64,000 bases of DNA from Setoptus koraiensis (taxonomy: Eukaryota; Animalia; Arthropoda). Position 1 is the stretch's first letter, and each line of letters opens with the position of its first letter. Where the stretch lies: positions 5,208,001-5,272,000 of the forward strand of contig CM106586.1 of assembly GCA_048013815.1 (NCBI GenBank), read 5' to 3'. The notes beneath the pieces are model-generated. The model was not told the DNA's origin and made no database searches. It worked only from the letters and a program-made list of their open reading frames with translations. Shown here piece by piece: positions 1-15,300 of the stretch. The translations under genes were made by a program, and so were the position numbers.

Positions 1-3000
1 ATCGGTATCTTTCTCTCTTCGTGGCTGGCTTGACACTTGTGATAATTGTGGCTTGTGATAATTGTGGCGCGTTGTTAGTGACAATCAATAAATCGAGCCA
101 ACGAGTCTGTTGTTGGCTAGGGGCGTTGGCTGAAAATTGTCTCAATTGCCTATTGATTTGTTGCAAATTAGATGCTCAATTGTGATGATGATTGCGAGAC
201 TTTCCTCATCGGGCAATCTCAATGATGTGCCGTCTGTTTAGGATTAGGCGCACTAATTCGCGCAATCTAGCTCTAAAACTGTCACTTTTTTGCAATAAAC
301 GGGCGCCATTAAGCTCGCAAAACTGAGCTTGCCCCACAGGACAGGCTCAATTTGGCAGAGATTTCGCAGAACAGTTTTATTGAAATTGCTGGAAATCAAA
401 TTCATCACAGCTAAGCCGACACAATCGTTGGTCGTGCCGTCAGCGCCGGATTTATGAATTCGCGGAAAAATATACCGCTGCAAGAGATCAGTTGCAAACA
501 AGTGTAAAAGCCATTGGCGGGACCAAATTGAAGTATCAAGTGCGCTTTGGCGGCGAGCCATAGCGCCTCATGGACAGTGAAAGTATCATGTGTGATATAT
601 GCTGCCGAATCAGTGCGTCGATTGAGAGCCGATCGCAATCTGCTAGACATTAGACAATAAATGTAGATTATTATTAATTAGCGATGAGTGCCGATCACTA
701 TGAGTCACTAATTGTAATTGTGTGCGTTCGAATAGATAGGCTTGAGATCGGAGAGAGCACGCGATCAATTGTATCCATTCAACCTTAAGTAAATAAACAA
801 CATTTGGTTTGTTTGATTAGCTGTCCGATGGAACCACTAATTAACCTAGCCTAACAACAGCAAAACTCAATTAGCGCACAATTAGTCGGGCGACTAGTCG
901 CTAGACTAATTGAGCGCACGACATAGACGCAACAACCAAATGTAGATGTAGCGAACTGACTTGAGATATTCCAATAATTGTTTATTATTTACAGGCAACC
1001 GCAGCAGTTTCATTGTCAATGTTTGTTGTAATTGTAAGACAAATTGTTGTTATTCTGCCAACAATATTTATTATATAATAATAGTTATTATATAATAATA
1101 ATTATTATATAAGTGTTTTTCTATTGACAGTTGTGTGAGTGTTGATGGAGTTATTTATTTGCTCAGTGGCCATGTGTGTTCCCTCATCTACTACTCAACT
1201 TGAGTGTGTCCTTCAAAACAATTCTTCTACTTCGATTTAAGCGGCCTAGTTACATATTGATTTCATAGCGCCACTGATACATTAATAGTCAAACAAAGTG
1301 TTATCACGATGCGATTAGCTAATGAGATGATCACACGACTTTTTGAGCGATCACATTTCGCCCTCCAATACCAGCCATCTCTAACATTTCGACCTCAAAT
1401 GGTGATCAATTGATGGGCGAATTTGATTGCCGCAAACGCCGGTCGTGGTGGCTCTATGAGATTTTGCGACCCATTGGCAAAGCAATTTTGCATTCGAGAT
1501 AAACGAAACTTGTCAATGGCAGCTATATATCAGCTATTTCTGATTACTTGCTGTGGCTCGTCAATTAGTTGCCACTAAAACGTTTGTATCTAACAATTTG
1601 TAAGATCAAATTGAATCCTATCCAATGCTCACGTACGGCTTACGTGGCCTCAATGAGCCGGCAAAAAACAATCAACCTTCATTAATTTCCGTTTTGTCTC
1701 TAGCTTGCACTTGTGATTTATTGCGTGCCGCTTCGATGTGAAAACACAAAACGACAAAGCGATTTGTCTGTTTTCATATTCTTTTATATGTGTCGCCAGA
1801 GTTGTGTTCACTTTTAGTTTTTACCGGTGGCAATGGGTTTTCAGAGCCGGCTCTCTGCGACAAATGGAGCCAATAAACAGACACTATATGCGTACAGTAT
1901 CTCTCAAATTCAAGTTATTGCTCATTGTGACGTCAAGGCATCTTGCTATTATTTCTCACCTCTCGCGCAAGCAGCCTGAAGATGATCAAAAAGAGTCCCC
2001 GGTGGTCCCGTTGATTGTGTTGGGCGATAATTCACGCCGCTGCCGTTCAGATTTAGATTTTTATTTGATTTGACACGATTCGACACGATTATATTGCTGG
2101 ATTTCCCTATAACCATTTCCAACAGAACAGTGGGCGCCGCAGAGCAGTAAACGACTCGCTTCAACAGTATAGTGGCGACCAAAAGTGAGTGTGGCATTTG
2201 AGGTTGCGAACAGGGCACCTCGGGGGCGCTTTCATGTCGCACTTGAACAAGTCTTGCCGCATCTACTATGTAACGAATCTCCGTTGAAGCGTCCCCTACA
2301 AGAGGTAGTTGTAGTTGTTGCGGAGACTGGCAATTGACATGAAAAATCACTACGGTTTACAATTAAGTGGTTAAATCAATTTAATTTAGCTCAGAGCTGT
2401 TAGATTGATGTTTAATTGCAAGTTGGAAAGGCAATTATTGCCTTGTTATTTATTGATGGGCCCAACGGTCGTCGTTCGAGACCTATATCTGTCAAATAGA
2501 TAAGCTTTGGAATTCAATCATGAGTGATGTTTTGAAATCTCATGCGTCATGGTTTATGTGACACACTCATCATGTAACGTAACTCTAACATATTGTGGAG
2601 GTCATGATGGACTGTCCAGTAAACTCATAATCTCTGCTCTAAATAACATTATCATTAATTGTGTAACTTGTGTGTTTACAAGGTTAGTTTCGTGACATTT
2701 CGTTGATTAGATAGTGATTAATTAGTTTTTTAATAGTCATTCGTTGTGAGTTGATTTGAGCAGTTGGTTTGAATAATGATGGATATTACATGATCTTTCG
2801 CGAGCATCATAATAACTATTCTAGATAATCTAGCTCTCTCCATGCAGGTTACTGACAATTTGTTGATCATTTTTGTTGTTTACAAAACAGAGATTAGGCA
2901 TATTGATGTACAGGTATGGGTTTCTATTTATCTGGAAACATTCTAGCTGTCCGTCAAGCTAAACAATATCCGATGTCAAAGCTGGTTTGGTGAACTCACA

Positions 3001-5903
3001 ATCAATGGTTGCGCAGCAACATTATTTTCGCAAACCAATTGGTCATTTTTGAGCTACACCCAGTATGCTGTGCAACTACGATCTCTAAAGACCAATTCGA
3101 AAAGAATTAGTCCGCTGAATCAGAGCATGGTCGCTGTTGGATTGATTCGGCATCGAATCATCACAACCGAGTGCAACATGAATTTGCGAGATGATGATGC
3201 ATGATGAAGCCGTTACACCGGCACAAAACTTGTGGCATCTGTAGAAACTTGAATTGTTTGAGACGAGATTTGGTTCCATTTGAAGCAAATTGGGTGCATA
3301 CATCAGATTTAGCACGTGATTGGTCTCCATCATCATGTTCATCATCAAAAAGTAAATTGGCTTTTGATGTCATCTATTCTGAAAAACATGGGTTTGAAGA
3401 ATTTAGGCCGCCCAACGAGATGCATCGGAAATCAAAGCGAATCGCATGCAATAAAAATTTGCTTAAATGAGTAATTATTTCCACTCAAATTTCGTGACAC
3501 AGTCAGATAAATGACATGAAATGGCAGCTCTTACAACCACAATCTAGTTAACTCTTTTACAGGCCAATCTCAGCAGAAAATTTGGTCGCTTGACAACTCG
3601 ACAACGACCAACAATCACGTCGTGGCGATTGAAGCAATCACTGTTAATTAGTTAATTTGCAGTAATTGTTGAATGGTGCAGTTATTTCTGTTATATTGAT
3701 AATATTACCACAGTCGAGACATGCGAAGAACAATCCAGGGGTGGAAATATCTAGAAACAAATTGGTCGCAAATGAATGAGTCAATCGATTAACTGACTTC
3801 CAGAAAAGCACCAGCAGGCATGGGTATGATACACTTGTTAGTCCGGCCAGCACATGTAATTACGCACCAGCTGCAAGTAAATGTCAAAATTAGTCGATAA
3901 TCGTAATTGTTGCAAGCATTGTCACATGTTGTTGTTGTTGTGGTGACAATATCTCACGCCGCTTTTCGTCTCTTTTTCTGTTATTGTTGCTGTTTTTGTT
4001 ATTGCTGTCGTCGCTCATTGGCGCAATAGGTGAAAATGATAATGAACAACAACACAAAACCAAAATTCATCAAAATCTATCAAGTTGGTTAGCGTGTTAT
4101 CTTGTTGGCGCGGCATAGGTAATTTAAGACGTTTAATCAATGAGATAAGATAATTGAATATTTAATCAGCTGCCAGCTGATTGTCATCTTGCATAGGGCA
4201 CATGTTAATCGCAATTAGATCAGATTTCTCATAAATGCCAGTGAGAGAAACAGTGCAACAAACATGGGGGATTCCTATGGCCGTGAATATTATTATTGCA
4301 AGCCGCTTTTGAGTTTGCAATAGATAACAACACTAATCTTTACTGGAAACAATCAATGCAGGCTAATTTTCATTATGCAACTTAAGTAAATAAATGTAAT
4401 TAAACAAGTAAGGGAAGTGTGTATAGCGACAGATGGTTTGAGTTGAGACAGCTTGGCTCAACAGCAACAACAACAACAACAACAGCATTATAATTGCGCA
4501 AATGTTGTGAGAAATTACACAAATTGTTGCATCATTAGCATCAATTGATAATTGAACGTTGGGACGATATTTGCTTAAAAGCAGCTTATACGTGACCGGT
4601 GATATGCATTTAAAATTCAATACCTATATAATATTCTCTGAATCATATGTTTCCATAACCGCAAGGCAACTACATTTACATGTAATGCCATTAGTTGGTG
4701 TTGTACAATGCAAATATGCCAAATATCATCCAGTGAAAATCGTGACAGTCAGCTGACAAGCATCAGAGTGCTGTCGTGGGATTGGATGATTGAATGATTG
4801 ATGATACAAACGATTTAATCGGGACAGAACCAAGTTGCAGAATGAACTATTTTTGGCTAGTGTTTGTGAGAGATTTTTCACTAGGCAGGCTGGTAGAGTA
4901 TGGTGAGATAAACTTACAAACACTTGCCAAAAATATCCTATTTTGCATCACAACAACCTTCAAACATAAGTTGATACCGACCGATTAGTCCGATTAATGT
5001 AGGACTAACTAGTGTAGGCTGGGCCGTAGCGTTGCTAGGCGGACAGCTATGGAATGAGTGGTGCTCTGGTGTAACTCAATTGATTAAATTCAGTTAAATC
5101 ACTTTCGTTATTTCATCCAATCGGTTAGACCAAAGTGGGTGAAAGTTCGAATGCTTTAAACTGGGGCTTTAAATAAATTTAATAAATAAAAATAAGGAAC
5201 ATTAAGAGCGAGTGAGCTCAAGTATCAACAAGTTTTTGGAGCACCAAACTGGATAATTGATCCGCATAATCACTCTGATTGTGATTGGGTTGAGCAACAA
5301 GCCTGACATCCTGTTGTGACGAAGGCTCTTTTGTGCCCAATTTAGCGGCCTCGCATCGCTCATCAATACAGTGAGCTAATTACCGACGACTGGACTCGAT
5401 CATCTGATTGAACTGCTCAGTCTAAATGACTAACCTATGTCAATTATTTAATTGATAGTGCCAGATCGACTATCACTTGAGAGTGACTGTTTAACTGACA
5501 TTCTAATTGTAAGCTGATTCATGTGAAATATCAGCCAATAGTCAGAGATGATTGATAAATGTTTCTAGCCTCTTTATCAGGCTCACAATCATCATCAAGC
5601 CATACATCGATTGCGCCATTGACATTCATGAGAAAGTCTCTCAATTAGACAATTCAGGCCCTATATTCTAGGGCTTCCATATTTAATATGTGGAGTGAGC
5701 GTCATGATTAGGTCATGACCACATGCACCAAAAAGCCGGTGGGTTCAGTTGAACTGTACCGGTGCGACGATTGTCAATGACAAATATTGTTTACTTGTTT
5801 ACGAAATAGATTTGTTTGCTTGGTACATGATGGCCAATGATACGCTCGACGCAACAAATTCTTTCTCACAGTTTCTCAAAATTGCATCACGGCCCCTATA
5901 ATT

Positions 5904-5967
5904 CTTATGGTGCAATCGATGATGCTTATGGTGCAATCGACAATGCTTATCATGCAAGTGCATGATG
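5904..5967. repeat. 21-bp tandem repeat, about 3 copies
   Basis: cttatggtgcaatcgatgatg / cttatggtgcaatcgacaatg / cttatcatgcaagtgcatgatg. Confidence 0.8.
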
Positions 5968-6090
5968 CAACGATGCTGAAGATGATGAAGATGAGCCAAT
6001 TGTAAATTGTCTATCATCAATAAAACTTGTCGATTTTACTAGACAGATGAACAATTCCATTTGACCGTCCGTCAGTCCGTCGAACAACAA

Positions 6091-6187
6091 CAACTGACAA
6101 CTGGCAACCGCCAACTGACAACTGACACTGACACTGACACTGACAATGACAATGACACTGACAACTGACACTGACAATGACACTGTC
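6091..6187. repeat. Degenerate (CTGACA/ATGACA)n hexamer repeat
   Basis: Directly visible array. Confidence 0.85.
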
Positions 6188-7546
6188 AATGTGTGGTTCT
6201 TCGAACACCCGCACACAAAACATTTGCTCAAGACCATCGTGAATGTCTCATGGTAGGAAAACTATTATGTAACAATTATGGCCACTGCTGCTAGTGGTAG
6301 TTGGTCTGATGTAAATACAAGGATTGTCAAGTACATTGTTGTTGTTGATAGTTGCAACACTGGTCTTACAAATAAACAAAGCTCTTGACAGCGAGAGGAC
6401 CGTCATGACAAACATTGATTTAGGTTGTGTGGACACACATGTGGTTGAGTCATAATAGGTATTGGCCATAGAAAGGGAAGCAGCGCTCATATGTCAAACA
6501 AACGTGACATAATTATTACTATATTGCATGCCCACTGTGCATTACACTGTCACCATTACTCAGGTTATTATACACGTGACCTGATTTATGGGCCTGTCCA
6601 TTCTGTCATAGTTGTTAATTAGTGGTGATGGTGGTAGACAGTGGTTTGTCAACAAGTGAGCATTCAATGTCAACGATTGCCGGCGGCATTGCCGTGAATA
6701 CTATGCACGCCGACTATGCAATAGTCGTCGTCGTCGTCGGCACCATCGGTTGATTAATCAAATATCGATCGTAGCATGCTGATATATTATTACGCAACGA
6801 ATGATGATTACACTTATGATAATGAGCAGCTGCTTAACTAACAAGCTCAACTAATATCACTTATTAGACTGGTGCTAATTAAACAAAGCTGCAAATGGAC
6901 AAATAAACATTGACAACATATCATTAACTATTCACTGACAAGAAAAGTATTCAATACTTGCACTCATTGTCGGGCTCGCCGGCTGGCAATGGGCGATTTG
7001 TTTAACGGGACTATTGTTTGACCAGCAGCAGCAGCAGCAGCAATGAACAATCAATGAACAATCAATGAAAATGGCGCAAAATTAACGCTAATTAGTTTCA
7101 AGCTATGACAGCAATATGCATACCATGCAAATGAGATGCAAATGGCGTCCCAGCAACAGTGCCAATCTTGTCGCACTTGTTATCTCGTTGCATTGTTGCT
7201 GGCAAGACTGTCAGCTCATTGGCTGACAGTTGACAATCGTTGACAAGCCTGCTTGTTTATTGCCAATTTGCTGCACTACAAAGATTACGACTCGGCACAA
7301 AATCGACTCACACATGGTGAGAAAATGTCACCATAAATCACAACCTGTGCATGAATAGTGTTGATTAGCATCGAGCTGATTGCTCTATCTGTGACAATCA
7401 ACAATTGCGCGATGATTTTGTCGCCAATCTTGCAATAAATCGCCGTACTGCATCGCTGCATTAAATGCAAGTCGGCACCAATTAGCGGCTCCATGAGCTG
7501 GCGCTGGGGAATCTTGATTGTGCATAAGCCAGTAAATGATTACAAG

Positions 7547-7586
7547 TGCCTAATGCTGCTGCCTTGCCTAATGCTGCTGCCTTGCC
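7547..7586. repeat. 18-bp perfect tandem duplication
   Basis: tgcctaatgctgctgcct twice, followed by tgcc. Confidence 0.9.
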
Positions 7587-10500
7587 AGCAACAACAATAG
7601 CAGCAGCAGCAGTCTGTTTTCTCGTTGGTTTTATTATCTTTTCGGTTGTTGTTATTGCCTCTGTTGTTGTTAGCAAGCGTTCTTTGTTGTTGGTGCTGCT
7701 GCTGCTGTTGTTGTTATGTCATGTGTTGATGATATTTTCGAGCCGCTGTCACCTATCGTTATAATAGTTTGCCTTTTGGTTTGCGAGTATCATTCTCAAT
7801 TTGCAAGTTAACGTTGCTGACCAACTCCGAGTCACTATGCCAATTACCGACCAACCAACCAAATCACCAAACCAACCAATCAACTTGTCACCAAACAAAC
7901 CAATCAAGATCAGCCATTGCTGTGGCTCAGTGAACAGTTACGGCTAGCGGCATCATAGAAACTTCAAAAAAACAAATGACCAAACAGCTAATTATAACAA
8001 GTTGCTCTAAAGAACCAATTAACGGAATCGTGATGCGAGACCAAACAAGAGGCGACCATCAACGGCATTAATACACACAATAATAATAATAATAAATAAA
8101 CAGCAAGCCAATTGTGCTTGTCTGTCTCGGTGTTGTGTGTTTGTTTCATGTTTCACTGAAATCAATTTATCTACTCTAACAGCGATTCATCGTAGCAAGC
8201 GTTGACGACAGCAACGCCAACAATAAGAAAAAAAAGAAGAGATTTTATCGATCGTCAAACAATCGGTCTGTTTGTCAATCCGTCACCGCCGTGCATACAG
8301 CCACGTCTGTCTCGCAAGTCTCCAAGCATTTCTGTGTCATAAATGTCATATTTGCCTCTTCTATTGGCGCAAAAACCCGTGCCAACGTTTCAAGCTACGG
8401 ACAACAAAAACAGCTAATGGTGACCAGAGCAGACAATATTATCATCAGCTCGCTTATCATCAGCTATCACCTCATCCATGTGTCTCTATGTGTCATCTAT
8501 ATGAGACGCTCTGACTGTCAATGTGTCCTTGCAGCCTGATTAATTCAGGCAATGCTTCAATAGTTGATTACCATGTTGATTGGTTCATCATTAATCAATG
8601 GTCGACTCCCCTGCCCAGCGACATGATGGGCAATGATTCAATCATTCTTTCAACGTGTGTGCGCCTCCCAACTAATTAGTGATGAACAACTGCCTGCTAA
8701 ATAGTCGCACATCATTAATTCACCGTTTAATTAAGTTAGTGTCGCTAATGGTGGCACAGTGTATCATCGTGTTCATTAGCTGGCCTGAATAAAATTGAAA
8801 CAGCACCCACCGAGTGGACGGTCAACGGTGGCTAGCTTGTTCGCAACAGCTTACTCGATTCTAGCCGAAACGCCGCTCAACGTCGCCGCCGATCAGGCTA
8901 GTGTCCTTCGCAGGGACTGTCTCGACAGTCTCAAGTTGGCGAACTGAAACTTTGTTGGCCCTCACTTTGGCCCCTTGATTAAAACCTGTACACTAAATTA
9001 CCATTACAATTATTTAAATTGCTTTAAATTGTGTTTAAGGCCACACGCTGTGACTTGCCGCCCAACACGAGAGAAACAACAAGTGATCATATAATCTATT
9101 ATTGCACCAATCATGGTGGTCATAGTGATAATGAGTGCCGGCCAAGCGGCAACTAGATGGCGCTTGAGTATTATCTACAATCTCCCAGACACAATCAATC
9201 AATTAAAGAGCGAGCCAACAATCAACTAATATGTTTACTTGAACTGTTCTTCTTATCCTAGTTCATTGCAATGACAGTGGCTACCAATCCAGTTAGATAT
9301 ATCAATCTAATTTAGAAGGGGCTTTCGATTATCATCTTCAGCTAAACATGATGCGTCTCTTGCGATAATTATAGACAATTTGTTGCTAGTTTTTGTTGCG
9401 CTCGTAGCAACCACTAATTGATCTCGCAATCAATTGATCAAATTGACACTCCAACACCTATATGGTGCATCTCGGAGGTGAATTTTTATCGACGGTCAAT
9501 TTATGCTACATTGTTACGGCCATTTCCGGCGTTCAGCGTAGCGTCCGAATCAACAGCAACGTGCAGCCAACATTCGAATTGCGCCCGCCGCAGAATCACT
9601 AAATCATTAATTAGTGACGATAATTGGCGCCCGTAACGTTATCATCTGCACTAATTGCAGTAACCACCATCTAGACTTGGGGACCCTTGACTTTTGTTGT
9701 CGAAAAGTAGAAAATTTCCTGCTCTCGACTATGTCTATGCAAATTGATCGCATGCATCAGATGCGGGTGATATTAGTTTTCATCATCATGTTTTCGAAAG
9801 ATAACATTAGATTTGCACGTTGCTAGTCATCATGCAGATGTGCTGTTCTAGATTGTGTTATGTTCCAAACAATGGACAAAAATCATTTAGACAACTGATT
9901 TGGCTCGTCAATATACGTATTTTGCGTCCAAACAAACAGTTTCAGACGCACCATCACGAAGGATCATCTTACATCTATATAAACTTAGTAATGAGTTAGT
10001 CAGCTCGTTGTGAGTTGAAGGTGTACACTCGTGTAAATCTTGGCTAGAGCGCGAGTTGAAGCGGAACTTGGGTGCAAGTCAACAGGCGATCAACTAATTT
10101 AATTTACAATCATCGACAACTATTTTCGTATGCTTGTAAGAGAGGTTTTTCGCTGTTGTTGTTCATCATTCTCACCTCTTGAATATATTGTTCGTGTGAC
10201 ACTCACTAGATCGCCGCAACTTGTTCGCAATGTTCAAGAGTCATGACGTTGATTTGATTTTTATTTGTACACGGACACAAAGAAACAAAATTAGTTGTTT
10301 CACTCAGCTCATTCGCTAATTAAACTCCGCTGGACAATCAGCAATCATCCCTTTGTTTCAGCGCCAAAAAACTGCTCTCTGTCAACAAGCTATCAACTCG
10401 CTACTAACAAGTGTCGTAGTTGTTCGTTATTGACTCGGATTTTGTGCTTTACTTGTTGCAAATCTTACATGTTTACATATGGCAACAAAGAGCTAAAACT

Positions 10501-12293
10501 GCAGGCAAGAGGGAAAAAGAAGGACAAATATTCACATTGTAGCAGTTTGGCAAACACGTTCAGGTTATTACTAGTGTTGAATTTGACGTTTGGGTTTGTT
10601 TTGCGTGATCATCACCACTGATGCCCATGGTAGACATGACACTGATGTTGTTTTAAGGAATATTTCGCTCAGTGCTAACTAATAATACATGACATATCAT
10701 TTAATATTTAGTATGTATTGCACAACAGTGATTCGACTGCAAAGAGTGGTGGCCATTATTGTCTTATTGCGCTCTACGCTCGAGTTGTGTTTGATTAGAC
10801 TGTAATTCTAGAATTTCCATAGATTCCTCCTCACAACATGTTTGAATGGAAAAAAAGATCATCTCTCAGTGGCAGGTCAGGCAGGACGATTGGGATGACG
10901 ATGACCAGATAAAGTCAATACCGATTTTGATGATATCATGAGAGGAAGAGGACATAATCATTATCATTAGGTTAGTCAATTGTCATTTGGATACTTGGCT
11001 TGTCTTACAGCAGTGTAAAGAGAACAGCAGCGATGTTAATATACATCTAGTGTATTAACACTCAGACGTGATAAGTAGATCAGAGTAGAGTGAAGTGAAA
11101 ATCTAGAATAAATGTTAATTTATTATTTCTGTTGTTATTATGTTTGTTGTCTGGCCATCAATTATTATTATTTGTTGGTTTGCGTGATATTGGTTGGCAG
11201 TAATTGACTTTTGCCCCCCTCTGTCTCGATCTTCACCTACAGCAATCGCTTGTTTGGTTACTTGTCTGGTAAGAGAGATGCATTTAGAACAAGGGAGAGA
11301 GAGAGAGAGAGAGAGAGCATCGCTCTATTTGTCTAGTCTCTATAACAATGACTAGGCCCAACGATGTACGGCAAGTACAATAGACTCGCCGAGATGACTA
11401 GCTAGATATATGGCCGACGATGACGATCATCGTCGTCGGCCGCACATAACACAATACGGCAGCATTATTCAAGCAGTCACTAAATCTAGAATGCTCTTGC
11501 CACGACCATTAAAGACAACACTGGCGAACGCACACACTTTATGTTTAATTAGCAATTAGCAATTAGGGGTGACAAAATGGAATAGAACCAAACAAAACTG
11601 TATGAGCAGTTGTTATATGTTAATTCTAGAATCGGCTAATTAGCCAATTATGATCGTCTTTGTTGTCTTAGTCTATTATGCTAGAAGTGCGTGCGTGTTT
11701 GTGTGTTTAATTAGACTGGCCAGTGTTGAAATAAGACAGTGTCGATAAAACAGCAATAGCTATAGCGATGATTGGCTCCGATCAAATGGCATCAAAAGAG
11801 GTCATGTTACTATGTGTGGATAGTCCGCGTTATATCTATCTTCGTAACTTTTCGTATCGTTCTCATATCAATCACTATCATTATTAACATCATCCTATCT
11901 GTCTATATATGATGGAAAAAAGATTTGTTGTGTAAAGTGTCTGTGATCGCTATCACTGTTGCAGCTACCAGTGATCTAGCTGCTGATAACCACAACCGAA
12001 CAGACCCTATGTGCAATATGTGTCAAAATACAGCGATTATCCGTCTCGGAGTGCATGTAACTTGTACTCGGCTGTAATAGATAGCTTTGCGAGCTAATAG
12101 TTGCAAAAAGCCATCAGCTGACAAGCGATGGTGATAACCTGAGTTCAATAATTGGCTACAGATAAATTATACAGTCAACTGTTAATCCAAACGACGCTCA
12201 CAAGATGTTGGCTGTTATCAGGTCATTGTCCGTCAATTTAGTCAATTAATTTGACTAAATTAATAGCTTATCAATCAATGGTTGATTAAACTT

Positions 12294-12297
<4 letters not shown>

Positions 12298-12363
<66 letters not shown>
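12298..12363. repeat. (CA)n microsatellite, about 33 units
   Basis: Directly visible. It is the longest of many CA/GT tracts; others lie at about 20595, 20880, 21090, 48845 and 60890. Confidence 0.98.
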
Positions 12364-12365
<2 letters not shown>

Positions 12366-15300
12366 TTGGCGTCAGTCTGCTAGATACAGCAGCAGAGTAT
12401 GCTCAGACAATCAATCAGATATTCACTGATAGGCTGATGAGCTGGCTGCAGCTCTGACGTGACTTGACGCGCGCGCGTTCATTTATTATTACTGATTCAA
12501 TATATATATTATATTAATTTATAATCACTTCATCACACGTCTGAAATTGCTAGCATTGTCATTAGTTATCTTAAATATCATTATTATTATTATTTTTCTT
12601 GTGTAATCAAGATGATAGGCGCGCGTCGTAGCGCGGCACACACGAAGGCACACTTTGAGTGGCGTCGTCATTGGGCCACAAACGAAATAATAGTAATAGT
12701 AATAATACTAATAGTATAATTCGCAGTAATATTATTGATTAGACATTAAGACTGTCAATGTCAATATTTGAATTTGCAAATTTGTCCCTCAGTCTCGCTC
12801 CCTCTCTTTTTGTCTAGGCAATTTGATTGAGCAAATTACCTCATTTGCTAGCAAGATTGACCGTATCTGGGTGAGGTGGCGCTGGCGTCGCTGTGGCTTA
12901 TGACGAGCGGTCGATGTTTGATGATATCTGTTGTTGTCTTTGGCCGTGATGATTCTCAGAAATATATATTAATAGACAAATGATCTAACAAGAAAATGTT
13001 GCTGCCGATTAATACATCCGAGCAAATAAACGCAACATATAACAATGGCACTTCTAGTGAATAGTCTGGATAATTGAGCAGACTTGTTTGTCCGCTGTTT
13101 AGCCACAAACACAAACATCCATATGCATTGAATTAATTGTCATGTAATTGATTACTATTTTAAGAAACTGCAACAGCAACAATAACAGCTTTTTGTTCTT
13201 GATACATACACACTTTTAGCGTCGCAGCAAAAACTCAATAACAATCTCATTATCCCATAATCAAGTTAATTTGCTAATTATTAATTGGCGTGCCTGCTTT
13301 CAAACTTATTGTGCGCTAGATGGCGGTATACAATAAAAATAGCAAAATTTCCGTCGAACCTGGTATACATGAAATTTTACATCAATTTATCTATCGTATC
13401 CCGTCTGTTTAAGCCCGCGATGACAGAGTCTCGATAATTGGTTCGTATTGATTGTAGAATGTGATAGTCGTATCGTTAGTCGTATGCTCGAGATTCATTA
13501 CATCTGCGTGTGTTATCACCAGCAGCAACAAAAGCGCGATATGCTCGAGCTGACATACAGCGCAAACTATTGCGCGCGAATCAATTATGAGCTATTAATA
13601 AAAATAGCGAGATAGGGGGAACGCGAGGCAGGCTAATTAACACAGAGCACATTAGGCTAATAACTAATCTACTAATGAAGAGATGAGATAACGATTAGTC
13701 TCATGTGACACAGATATAACACACAATTGCACTGCTGACAATCGCAATCGTTTGCCTCGTTGGCTTGGCCAACAGACTGCTGCCTCACAACCATGGACGA
13801 CCAATATTAGCCTCTTTCTCTTTCTCTTTCTCTCTCTCTCTCTCTCTCCCTCTATGCAATTAAGCTTCATTATCTTCCCATTGTCAAAATTATACTCAAT
13901 TATTCACCTAGGTTACTTCGTGAGTGCTGTATGATTGATCCATTACCTTTGGTGTGCGATATCCAACGAGAGCGAGAATAGCAACAACACTCAATGTTGC
14001 AACTAACCACTTCTACATAATGGGACGGTATTATTGTCTGACGTGACTGTCATTATCTGGCTTGTCACTCTCGTCCAAAAACTTGTTGTCGTTTGGATCT
14101 TCCTATCCGTCACCGCCAGCAAGCGCAAATCTTAAAACTGCGACGAGATAGAGTTGTGTCATGATCATCACATACATAAAATTTGCTACTCTTATGACCT
14201 AGCGACTCCGAAATGAAATATCTCTGGAATACATCAATCAATATCTGACTAGATCTCACTATTGATTTCATGTATGTATATATATAAATATAGAGTATGT
14301 TAGTGTGATAATAATATTTAAAGCAAAGGACCCTTGATAAATCTCTACGAAATTTTGTGACGGCGACAACATCGATAACAAACTTATTGAGCCATTTAAG
14401 CTCTTGTGCTGTGGTAGTAGTTTGATTGACTGCATTTTTGTAATCAAACGTTGTTTGTTGCCATTTTCTTTTCTATCCATTACGATTCTATTCATATCAG
14501 TTGTTGTTATTGTTGTTGTGTCAACTCGTCCTTGTCTAAATTGTTCGTTATTAGATGTCGAGTACGCACACCGAGATTGAACAGATTGAATTGTATGCAG
14601 TGCTTGAAAATCACCTGAGAGCATTTATGATAGCACCATTGCTGTACCAAGATAATGTAGCCACAAAGCTTTATTAATGATGGGTCATTAATCGAGCATT
14701 ACAAGACGATTGCTACATTGAGAAACAATAAACACTATCAAGATTAATATTGTTACTATTAAATTCTTGTAAACAATGTGCCGATTGCGTCAACGATCTA
14801 TTTAAGAGATATTGCCTATGCAAACATATGCATAGCTTTCTTGTTAATGCTAATAAGTCACTTATATTGGTTAGTGCGTGTGTCTGTCTAGTCATATGCA
14901 GCATATGGAGAGGCACAAGGCTGAGTCAACTAAGTTACTGGTTTATATGTGACCAGCATGTTAATATGTCAGAGAATCCAGCTAAATTAACCCAGCAAAG
15001 ACTTGCCGCTCCAGATGGATTCATGACTCAACTTCTCTAACCAGGTATTAATATATTGATATTAGTCTGGATATTCAAGCTAGAATTTGCGGGGGCGGCC
15101 ACTGCCAGCAAGCCGCCAGTCGAACCAATCCATCAACTATGTGTATACAGTTGATGTCTCAAATGACGACGTCTGGCGGTGAATGGTAATCGATCACAGC
15201 CCGTTTGGTATATAACAACGATAACATAATAACCAACTAATAATATCAAGACATCGGCGATTGCGTCAAATACTTGACATTCAAACGCTATACGTTCAGA

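Noticed and set aside
2130-2190. TGGGCGCC / TGGCGACC resembling LTR-retrotransposon primer-binding sites
   Set aside because: No LTR pair, polypurine tract or gag/pol sequence nearby; 8-mers of this kind arise by chance.
3085-3470. Overlapping ORFs with a CxxC motif (KTCGICRN)
   Set aside because: No further zinc-finger or transposase signature, and short ORFs on both strands.
11412-11441. Palindrome ggccgacga...tcgtcggcc as a possible pre-miRNA
   Set aside because: The perfect stem is only 9 bp and derives from (GAC/GTC)n repeats; too short, with no known mature miRNA.
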